A stretch of 64,000 nucleotides of DNA from Vitrella brassicaformis CCMP3155 (taxonomy: Eukaryota > Protista > Chromerida). Both the position numbers and the translations under genes were made by a program. Location of the stretch: the NCBI GenBank assembly GCA_001179505.1, contig CDMY01000424.1:15105-79104 (forward strand), read 5' to 3'. The notes beneath the pieces are model-generated. The model did no database searches, was not told where the DNA came from, and saw nothing but the letters and a program-made list of their open reading frames with translations. Below, piece after piece: positions 1 to 9,677 of the stretch; the stretch's first letter is position 1, and the number at the start of each line of letters is the position of its first letter.

Positions 1-287
1 GCAGCGAGTTGCGGGAGTCCCTCGCCGATCTCCTCCGATAGATGCACACACGCCGCAATGACGTTGCCCAGCCGGTCAGCAGACACTGACTGTCCATCGC
101 CATTGCTGCTCGCACCAACAGCGTCTTCCCCTGGGGCTGCGGATGTGTCATGATGTTGTGAGAGTGGTGGATGGCGCCACTGCAGCAGACACCCGCCGCA
201 GTCGGCGAGCAGCAACCACCATTCATCAGAAGCAGCACCTCCATCAGGGCCTTTGCTTTCAGCTGGACATGGCTGTGGCTCATCCAT
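1..287 (-). CDS. Possible 5' exon of a hypothetical protein that runs off the left edge of the window
   Basis: ATG at 287 (minus) opens a stop-free frame to position 1 (MDEPQPCPAESKGPDGGAASDEWW...), with telo-box-like motifs just upstream at 351-373. I recognise no domain. Confidence 0.3.
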   Translation of the reverse strand, partial: MDEPQPCPAESKGPDGGAASDEWWLLLADCGGCLLQWRHPPLSQHHDTSAAPGEDAVGASSNGDGQSVSADRLGNVIAACVHLSEEIGEGLPQLA

Positions 288-350
288 CTCTCTGCATCAA
301 TCAATGGAAGGATGGATTGATCTCTTTCGCTCGCTGAGTCTTCCCCTTCG

Positions 351-373
351 AAACCCTAATACCCAAACCCTAG
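351..373. promoter_or_regulatory. Interstitial telo-box-like motifs (AAACCCTA x2)
   Basis: aaaccctaatacccaaaccctag lies upstream of the candidate gene at 287. The regulatory role is inferred. Confidence 0.4.
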
Positions 374-512
374 AGTTCCCTTCCCTCTGGTACGACCCAT
401 TTGTATGTTAGTATGAAATCAACAGACATACGTGTCGCTTGTCCAAACATGAATGCACAAAAAAGCAGTCGCGCTGGCCGGCACAAAACTGTTACGTTCT
501 CACTCATTGCAG

Positions 513-1743
513 CTAGCTACAACTGAAGGACACAGCAGACAGAGACAAGGGACGGTGAAGCCCTGACCGGCAGCACAGCACATGAGCGTACGTCCCCACC
601 TTTGCATGGTGTGGCTTGCTGCCCCTCGCCTTGCGGGCGTCAGAGAGTGAAGGGAAGTCCTCCATATCGATATCCTCCTTCTCTTGGCCGTGGCCGCTGG
701 TGCCCCATGCTGGCTTGGGGGGTGCGTGCGGGTGGTCGGGTGAGGGCCGATAGCGCTGCACCGTGGCCCTTGCCGGCCGCTGATTGTTCCTGGGTCCATG
801 CTGGTGGTGGTGCATCCTGTTGTCGTTGTTGTTGTTGTTGTTCTTGGTGGTGGTGGTGGTGGTGGTTTTGTTCCGGTTGTTCTTGTTGGGGCCGGATGGC
901 GCAGACGGGGCGGCTGAGACCTTGACCTCGCCGACCTGCACACACAGACAACACAGACACATGCACAGGGAGCTCCGGATGAAGCCACTGATGCATCTGC
1001 TGACCGGCGTGGCATTGGGGCGCAGAATGGTGTCGAAGATGGCCTGCTGCCGACGTCCCCTGGTCTGTGTCTTGTGCATCAGCCACTGCCACAGCTGCCC
1101 CACCGTCCACCCATCCAGCGCCCTCACCACATCGGCCAGCTGAGCAACGCGTCGGTCGTCCATGGGGTAGTAGTGCATGAGCACCCCTGCCTGGCTGGAT
1201 GCCATCCACTGGATGAGGGCCTTCAGCTGCGGATCGCCGCCAAACACACCGCAGCCCCAATTCCCTGACACAAATCAACACATGGGAGAAACAGTGTGTA
1301 AACCATGGGGTCTTCTGTTGGTGGTGCCATCGACTCACCTGTTGCGAGTGCCTGGGTGTGTCCATCACCGCCGCCATGACTGAGGGCGGCATAGACCTTG
1401 TTGGTCTCGCGCAGGATGGCGGCCAGGGAGTACTGATCGACGTGTCGGTCGGGCGTCGAGAAGTCGATGGCATCGAAGGCCACGACATCGCACACCAACG
1501 AGCTGTCGTCGGTGCTCGTTGCTGGCCCGGCGCACCGAAATGAGTCCTTATACCCCTAAATGAGCCATCACCAGCACTCATAGGCTAAGTGGAAATGCGT
1601 GAACGCATCGTATACCTGATAGTTGGTGAATTTCCTTGTTCCCCTGATGACGGCCGCGTCGGTGTCGTTGAGTGGCGGGATGAGAAGCCGTGCGACGAGC
1701 AGCTCGGGCGATATGGCGAAGCGAATCTCCTCCTGAACACTCC

Positions 1744-1774
<31 letters not shown>

Positions 1775-2567
1775 GATGGCCATTGCCTCCACGCCCTCCC
1801 TCTCTGTCTGTGTGTGTCTGCTGTGCACCTGATGCGAGTACGCCCCCGCCGAGCACTCTGTTGGCGAAGTCGGCCTGCAGGCCCGGCGAACACTCTATGC
1901 GGTCAGCACATCCCATCACTGCCACGGGCAGCAGAGGGGCTGTCGAGCTGCTCCAGAAGGACGCCCCTGGAGAAGGCGTCAACGACAACCGCTCGAATGT
2001 GATGACGCGGTTCAAGTGATGACTGTTCTCTTCCACGGCGGTGGCCATCGAGCTGAGGTACAGAATGAAGCACTTCATCTTGGCCACTGCACTAGGGGCC
2101 TTGAGAGGGAAGAGGCGGCGGAAGTTGATGGTGCTGCTGTGGTGGCCCGACCAGTGTGTGCCGTTGTCCTCGTGATACAGGCAGAGGAAGCCCATAGCGA
2201 CGAGGAGGAAGCACCGATAGGCCGACAGCTGGGCCCGGTGCCTCTGGCCATCCAGCGTGTGGATGCATTGCAGAAGGGACGGGGAGTGCTCTCGCACATG
2301 CTGACACATCACCCGCACCGTACGCGACAGGAATGCCTCTCGGTGGTTGGGTGGCAGCTGACTGAGAGCGACGCGGAGGCCATCGAGGCGCGGTGCCGTC
2401 TTCGTGCTTGGACTCATAATGAGGCTGAGGTCATTCAGGAGCGACAGCAGGTCCCCAGCATGGGATAAACCATCATTCTCTGTCTTCCTCAGCCGCGCGG
2501 TGATGGTTTGCCATCTCTTCTCATCGCGGAAGGGGAAAGGAATGCAACCGGCCTTGCTGTCCGTCAT
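513..2567 (-). CDS. PARG: Poly(ADP-ribose) glycohydrolase, paralogue 1 (multi-exon, low-complexity T/N/H-rich C-terminal tail)
   Basis: Spliced translation gives [31 protein letters not shown] (GGG-x-QEE catalytic loop), FTNYQGYKDSF, VAFDAIDF, ILRETNK and ATGNWGCGVFGGDPQLK, all canonical PARG motifs. The start is uncertain (2567, 2582 or 2669) and the last exon is approximate. Confidence 0.92.
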
Positions 2568-2620
2568 GTTCACACATCCCATTTCCACACAAGGAGGAGG
2601 GAAAAGGGCTCTGGCGGATA

Positions 2621-2630
2621 TAAGCTCGCA
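2621..2630 (+). promoter_or_regulatory. TAAGCTCGCA element in the PARG-1/ART divergent intergenic region
   Basis: Same motif seen in five other divergent intergenic regions of this window. Confidence 0.55.
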
Positions 2631-2759
2631 GTTGAGGCGATCGGAATAGGAATATCGCGACTGACTCATTTCCTGCCTCTTCCTCCGTCCAGAAACGACT
2701 CCTTCTAGTCTGCTGCGACCAGATCTCTGTGAATTTGTGGTGATATCCGCCGTCTGCAC

Positions 2760-3373
2760 ATGCCTAACCCATCCTCGCGGCAGTCGACTGATGAGGCGTG
2801 TTTTCGATGCAAGGGGGACGCTCCCGCCGGCTGCGGGTCGTGCAGAGGCACGGGCAAGACAGCACATCACATCGTCTATCACGGCACCAACACGGAGGCG
2901 TCCAAAAACATCGACCTGGACGGCTTCTCCCTCAGCCTCTCAGGCATGTTCGGCCAGGCCTTCTACGTCACGGCCGACAGGTGCGCCAGCCCACGAACGC
3001 ACATCTAACACACTTTGAATGCAGGCTGTGTGTTTCAGGTCGAAATCTGTAGCATTTGCACGCCGGAAGGTCAAGCTTGAGGGCGGCCAGGGAGTGGTGT
3101 ACACGCTGCTTGTTGATGTGGGCAACATGAAGCAGCACAATGCTTCAGGCGAGTCGTCAGAACGAAAAGGATGGAAACCACGGACATGCAGTAGCTTTGT
3201 GTGTGTGTGTGAGCAGGCTGTTATGGTCGTCACAGGGCCGAGGGGTGTACCTGTCACGCTTGGCTGAATGACGGCTACGACAGCCAGTATGTGCCGCCCT
3301 GCCCGAATGGCGTGAAGCGAGAGGAAACTGCACTCAGGTCTGTCGCACAAATCAAAAGAACGCTCAAACGGGA
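2760..3373 (+). CDS. Small Gig2-like / PARP-catalytic-fold ADP-ribosyltransferase with N-terminal CxxC...CxxCxGxG zinc knuckle; 3' end runs into an assembly gap
   Basis: Exons 2760-2980, 3039-3148 and 3217-3373 splice in frame to ...CFRCKG..CGSCRGTG..IVYHGT..IDLDGFSLSLSGMFGQAFYVTADRSKS..VVYTLLVDVGNMK..AWLNDGYDSQYVPP..REETALR. This has the H-G-T, G-x-x-x-Y and acidic catalytic motifs of H-Y-E ARTs and a motif order matching the Gig2 family as I recall it. Confidence 0.8.
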
Positions 3374-3673
3374 NNNNNNNNNNNNNNNNNNNNNNNNNNN
3401 NNNNNNNNNNNNNNNNNNNNNNNNNNNNNNNNNNNNNNNNNNNNNNNNNNNNNNNNNNNNNNNNNNNNNNNNNNNNNNNNNNNNNNNNNNNNNNNNNNNN
3501 NNNNNNNNNNNNNNNNNNNNNNNNNNNNNNNNNNNNNNNNNNNNNNNNNNNNNNNNNNNNNNNNNNNNNNNNNNNNNNNNNNNNNNNNNNNNNNNNNNNN
3601 NNNNNNNNNNNNNNNNNNNNNNNNNNNNNNNNNNNNNNNNNNNNNNNNNNNNNNNNNNNNNNNNNNNNNNNNN
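3374..3673. other. Scaffold gap (300 N)
   Basis: Run of N. Confidence 1.
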
Positions 3674-5147
3674 GTGAGGGCAGGGTGGTTGTTTGGTACT
3701 TACATGGAGTAGGATTTTGGTTAGGTGTGGGATGGATTCAAAGCAAGTATGCAGCAGAAGCGGGCATGGAACAATGAATGGGTGCACGGATGTCTCATTG
3801 TGTCGTGTTGACATGGATGGAACACACACGTGTGGGCGACATGGATAATAAAAGTGGGTGGCTCTACACTCTACACAACTCTCTCTCATCGACATGGCAT
3901 AGCAAGACAAGACACCCCTCCCTCCCGTGTGCGTGTGCATTCATGTGTGTGCCGTGTCCGACTCAACTCATGGCCGAACACTCCACCTATGTGGGATGGA
4001 GTATTCCCGCATGCGTCAACTGAACCAGACCACACCACATGTGCACACCCCCCAAACTCTCAGACAGTCAGTCAGACGGTCAGAAGTACATGTACCGCAA
4101 CACTCCACTTCCACACACACACACAGCCACACACGCACACCGGTACGCATCACGCACAGTATGCATGCACCATGCCATTCACACAACGAAGGCACCCGTC
4201 CGCCCCGTCTCGACGGGCAAAACACCCACAGAAAACTCGCGAATTCCACTCCATCTTGCCCAGTCATTCTCTGAGCGATGATGCGTGGCAGCTGATGATC
4301 CTCTGAGGTGACGGCGCCGTCGAGGAAGCGTTGCTGCCGCTCAACGGGGTCGTGACCCTTGAGATCATGAGCTGGCCAGACATCATCGCACGGTTGGTTT
4401 CTCTCACTTGCACTCCCGCTTCATGAAGTGTGAGCTCCCTCAAAAATCCACCACCGAGCTGGCACTGATCGATAAAAGACAATCATGTGTGTGCATGGGT
4501 GGCTGGGTGTGTGCTATACAGGCAGGGTAGGTGGATGTGGTGGGTGGGTGGCGAGGACAGCGAGGGCATACATCAATCAAGGTCCATGAGCAAAACGACA
4601 CACATCCCATCCCACCCCATCCCGAGCCGCCCTCGTGAGGTGCGAGCGAATTGAATGTCCTCACACCCACAAGGCACACACCAGAATGATTCAAAAGCTC
4701 TCACGGAAGAGTGTGTTGTGGATGGATGGATGGATGGATACGCACGCCCACCGGCATGGATGTGTGTGTATCACTGCGTGTGATGTGTGTGAGAGCAGCG
4801 GCTCGCGTAGAGGAGGGGAGCGAGGTAGAAGGCAGCAAGAGACGCCACACGACCCATCGATCCACATGCACACATGAGAACTAGGCGCCACACATGATAA
4901 CATGGATATCGACAAGCTGCTTGACCACACACACACAGCCATCCCAAAAAGCCAAAATTTCCTTTGAGCGTTACCATCCATCCCATCCATCGAGGCAGGC
5001 AATAATCGTGAAGAAATCAGAACAAAAAAGCCCCACACTCACCCCCCACACAGGCATTTCCCCCTCACACACGCACAAGCCCACACGCACACGCACGATG
5101 TCCTCATTCATCATACGTGGATGAATTCGGCTTCACTTCTCTCTCTC

Positions 5148-7310
5148 TCATCCGCCGCTGACGAGTCTGGCCCTGAGTGCGGCCCCGTCACATGCCGCGG
5201 CGGTGGTCTTGTTGGCCTTGGAAGCTTGCGCCATGTTGTCCTGCTTGAGGTGGTCGATGCTCTTGTGGAACTGAGTGCCCTCCAACTTGTCCACATACAG
5301 ACAGGTGCGGGCCGTCACAAACAGCGCCTGCAGGACACACATGACAAGACAACGACACACACGTGGTGTGATGTGCTTTACCTCTGGTATCTCTCTGTCT
5401 CTGCGTGAAGGTGTGTGGTCCACGCACCTCCCAGATGGGCGTGGGGTCGTATCTGTGCAGCGGCCCCAGCACCTTCTTGAGCGCCTCTGTCGCCTCCTTG
5501 GCGTGATAAAAGGGAATCCTACAATGAATGCACAGACAGACAGAAAGACACAGCCTCACTCCACAGACGCTCATGTTGTTGTCCATGTCGCTTTAGGTGT
5601 GTTTACATACTTGGCATCGACGTGGTGCAGGACGTGTGTGCTGCCGATGTAGTGGTGCAGTTCATCCACCACCCAGGGGTAGGGACGGTCGATCGTAGAC
5701 AGAGCGCCCCGCAGCCACGTGAACGCATCGTCGCCATAGTGGGGGCAATCTGCACACACACACCACACGTACAGAAGCAAGGAACCGATAGAGAAACATT
5801 CTTTCCTTGTGGATGTCTGTAGGTTTCTCCCTCCCTCGTACCAGGGTGTGTGTGCTGCAGCCATGTGATGAGCACCAGCCATGCGTTGACGACGAGGTAC
5901 GGACCCACATACCACTGAAGCGGCAACCACCTGCACATACAGACAGACACATCCACCCACACCACAAGTTGCCATCAGTCTCAGTCCATCGACCAGCCAG
6001 CCCTTAGCTCCCTGCCTCCCTCCCTGACCATGACGTCATGGCCCCCCAGATGACATTGGCGGCGATGACGGCCCCGCAGCCCAGCCCCGATGCCGTCACC
6101 TTCCATCTGAAGTGCGGCGGGAACCTCTCGTTGTCGGGACCGTAAAAATGGCTGACCGGCCCATTAGCGGCGTCGAGGGGTTCGCCCCTGTAGTTGACGC
6201 GGCCGCCACCGACGGTCGACGTGAGGTACATGGGGTAGCCCATGAGGAAATACAACACGATCTCGACGATGGCAAACGCATCCTCTCCAATCAAGTCACT
6301 GCCGTACAGAGGGAGGGAAAGAATGGACAACCGTGTAATGAGAGAGAATGTGAGCTTGTCTGTCAGCTCAGCTTACGCCATCTTGGTGAGTTGGAAGGTG
6401 CTGTTTGGCGAGTGGACCTCCTCCTTGAGCTCGGGTGTGTAGGAGTCGCCGCGTGTCATGTGGTTGGTGAACTTGTGGTGCTTGGCGTGTGTGTACTGCC
6501 AGCTCCAGTAGGGCACCAGCAGACAGCTGTGGGCAATGAACCCCACGGTGTCGTTGATGGCCGTCGACTCCGAGAAGGCTCCATGACCACACTCGTGCGC
6601 AATGATCCAAGGACCGAACGCTATCGTGCCCTAATGGCATCAACCAACGTCATCAGCAGGCATCATGGTGCGGTGAGCTGTGTGATGGTCTGTGTGCCCT
6701 GCCCGGCTCACTTGCACGATGGCGTATGTGGTCCAAGCGAGTGTCCTCAGCAGCCAGTTGTGGCCGCACACCAGGGGGACGAGGTGGTACGTCAGCCATG
6801 CCGTCACCGCCAGGAAGAGCACATCGCGACTCAGGTACAACTGCACCCCACCCCTCCACACACACCGTGTCATGACGGCTGCAGTAGCTAGTATTTCCGC
6901 TCACTGACCAGTCCAGTGACGGCAGATCTCTTGCGGCAGTGTGGGGGGATGGCGTCATAGATCTCCTTCACCGTGGGCACCTGGCAACACACACGCAGGT
7001 AGGTATGTGCACTGACTGATGACGCCCCTCCCACTCAGCTCTGCTCGTCTCTGCATCGCACCCACCTTTGGCAGGTCCTCTTTGGCGTCCACCAGGTCGA
7101 GCGGGGAGGCCACAGCGTCCACATAGCTGCTGTCGCTCCTGCACACACCAAAGCACAAAAACAAGATGTCTGCTGCCTTGCTGACTGCCCCAGAGCCACT
7201 GCTGCTCACCTGACAGGCCGAGTGACGACGCGCTCGTGGATCCTGAGGCTGTCAGACAGCTCAGATCTTCCGCTGGCAGGGCCGTCAGACAGCTCAGGGG
7301 GAGGCGACAT
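5148..7310 (-). CDS. FAD2: Delta-12 (omega-6) fatty acid desaturase, FAD2-like, multi-exon
   Basis: Three His boxes: WIIAHECGHGAFS, WQYTHAKHHKFTN and HHYIGSTHVLHH..IPFYHAKEATEA. Also N-terminal PTVKEIYDAIPPHC and HYGDDAFTWLRGALSTIDRPY. Confidence 0.92.
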
Positions 7311-7380
7311 GGCGGCGCGCAGCTGCGTGTGCTGTCAGGCCTGCCTGTGCTCTCTGTCTCCTCTTTGCCTTCGCCCGAAA

Positions 7381-7408
7381 TTAGCTCGCACCGCAATCTT
7401 AGCTCGCA
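7381..7408 (+). promoter_or_regulatory. Two TTAGCTCGCA elements in the FAD2/PARG-2 divergent intergenic region
   Basis: ttagctcgca-ccgcaatc-ttagctcgca direct repeat. Confidence 0.55.
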
Positions 7409-7556
7409 CTTTTTTTTCCGTCGAGTTTTTCCTATTCCTGCGAAAAGAGGAGGATGCTCATCGTCGTGTCAGGATCCAGGCGTAACGATTTTTGACGTCA
7501 TGTTCCCCAGATCCAGCCTCTTTCACTATTCCCCGTTTGCAACACCACAGATATCG

Positions 7557-9476
7557 ATGCCCACCAGTATTCCCGTGCCGGTCGGCCGCGAGTGGCATGA
7601 CATCAAGCAGGTGCTCTCAAAGATCACAGGCGGCGTGAGAGACCCCCTGCAGCTCATGGTCGTGCTCAAGGAGGTCCAGCTGTGCAAGCGAGCGGTGTCG
7701 GGATCCCCTCATTCATTCAGTGGCGTTCCGCTGCTCTTCAAAGGCATTCCACCCGACGTCACAGCGCACTTCCTCAACCACACCCTGCCCATTATGGCCA
7801 GCGAGCTGATCCGCAGCAACCTCTCGGCAGGAGATTTGCCACACTACATCAGCCCCGCGTCGCAGCACAGGGCTGTGGCGCTCACGGCCCATCAGGTCTT
7901 CCTGCTGCTGTCGGCGGCCTTCTTTGGCATGTATGGGCCCACCCCCTTCGACACATGCAGCCGCGACATCAGCGGAGCGTCCATCAACTTCGGGCCGCTG
8001 TTCGACTCGGTGCACAAGTCCACGGCAGCGGCCAAGCTCCACTGCTTCATCCTCTACTTCATCGCCATGGCCGCCGCCGTCGAGAGATCAGATGAGCGAC
8101 AGCTGCGGCGCAACATCATCTTCAAGAGGCTGGACGGCGGGCGGCATGCCACAGCCGATCAGTGGGCACAGTCGACAGCCCGTCTGCTGCCCGTGAGGGT
8201 GATGGGATGTGCCGACCGCATAGAGTGTTCGCCGGGCCTGCAGGCCGACTTCGCCAACAGAGTGCTCGGCGGGGGAGTACTCGCATCAGGTGCACAACAG
8301 ACACACACACAGAGGGAGGGAGGAAGGTCGTGCAGGCAATGGCCATCTCTGTGTGTGTGTGTGTGTGTGTGTGCAGGGAGTGTTCAGGAGGAGATTCGCT
8401 TTGCCATATCGCCCGAGCTGCTCGTCGCACGGCTTATCATCCCGCCACTCAACGACACCGACGCCGCCGTCATCACTGGGACCAAACAATTCGCTTTTTA
8501 TTCCGGGTAAGGATACCACACAGACACTCCTCCCTGTCCACCTGTTGATTTAATTCAGGTACGGTCGGTCATTCTGTTGTGTGGGTGCGTGTGGGAGCGA
8601 GCGGCAGAGTGCTGTGGTGGCACTCGATGCCATCGACTTCAGAGGCCGCTCCCCGTGGACACAATACTCGGTGGCCTCGCTGCTCCGAGAGACCAACAAG
8701 GCCTTCTCGGCTGTGAGCGAGCTCGAATTGAAGAGCCTGCCATTCGCGACAGGTGAGTGGCATGGCCATGCCTCTCCTTTGGGTGATTGGTTTGTTGCTC
8801 GGCTGATTTGTGTCAGGGAATTGGGGCTGCGGTGTCTTTGGCGGCGATCCGCAGCTGAAGGCCCTCATCCAGTGGATGGCATCCAGCCAGGCAGGGGTGC
8901 TCATGCACTACTACCCCTTCGATGACAAGCGCATCAACGGCCTGGCCGTCGTGTGCCGTCTCATAGTGGCGGCGGGGTGGAGTGTGGGCGACCTCTGGCG
9001 GTTCATCAGCCGCGATGAGGACAACCTCCACCGATACGGCGTCTTCAAGTGCATCATGTACCACCTCCAGCACCATATGCAGGTGACTCTCTCTGTCTGC
9101 CTGTCTGGCAAGCACCGACCCAAGCTTTGGCGTGTGAATGTGTCCTTTCAGAGTTTGAGTCATGGTGTCGGTGTGCATGATCGTCGTCGCGTGGGGGCTG
9201 CATCGCACTATGGTGCTCTGCCATCATCCCTGGCACCCAATGACAGCTCCGTCACCAAGTGTAGTACCGCGACGGCCTTCGACAGAGACATGGAGAGGAC
9301 GGTGGACCAGTGCAAACAAGAGGTGAGTCGGCAGGACACCGAGACACGTGGATGTCATCGATTCGATGCCGTGAAATGTGTGAGTCATTCAGATGAGCGG
9401 TGCGGGTGCTGAGACACGTGAGCAGCCAGAGGATCATGACGATGAGGAGGAGGAACTGATCTCTGGCTTCGACTGA
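7557..9476 (+). CDS. PARG: Poly(ADP-ribose) glycohydrolase, paralogue 2 (multi-exon)
   Basis: [59 protein letters not shown] and ATGNWGCGVFGGDPQLK. The start may be 7500 or 7557; the acidic last exon ends at 9476. Confidence 0.92.
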
Positions 9477-9677
9477 GTGAGCTTGCTGCCTTTTTGACAT
9501 ATATAGATCGACCCATTAGACTTTTTTGCATCCATAGTTTATCGTTTGGGCCCAAACAAACTTCGTCTCAAAGCCCAATGCCGTAGACACTCACTATCGT
9601 CGGCACAGCACACAGCACAGCACAGCACAGCATAGCACACATCCGCACAATGGAAACGTCTTCAGAAGCGAATCTAC

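Noticed and set aside
800-890. (ACC)n/(AAC)n tract as an independent repeat element
   Set aside because: It is in frame within the PARG-1 tail, encoding poly-Thr/Asn; coding homopolymers are ordinary for this type of genome.
2568-2882. 434-aa ORF suggesting that PARG-1 overlaps the ART gene antisense
   Set aside because: The N-terminal extension shows no PARG similarity and contains the promoter motif at 2621; PARG-2 homology begins near MTDSK. An in-frame stop-free stretch in GC-rich DNA explains it.
4264-4482. Exon-like minus-strand ORF between the ART and FAD2
   Set aside because: No domain similarity or supporting start and exon structure, and the nearby gap prevents modelling.
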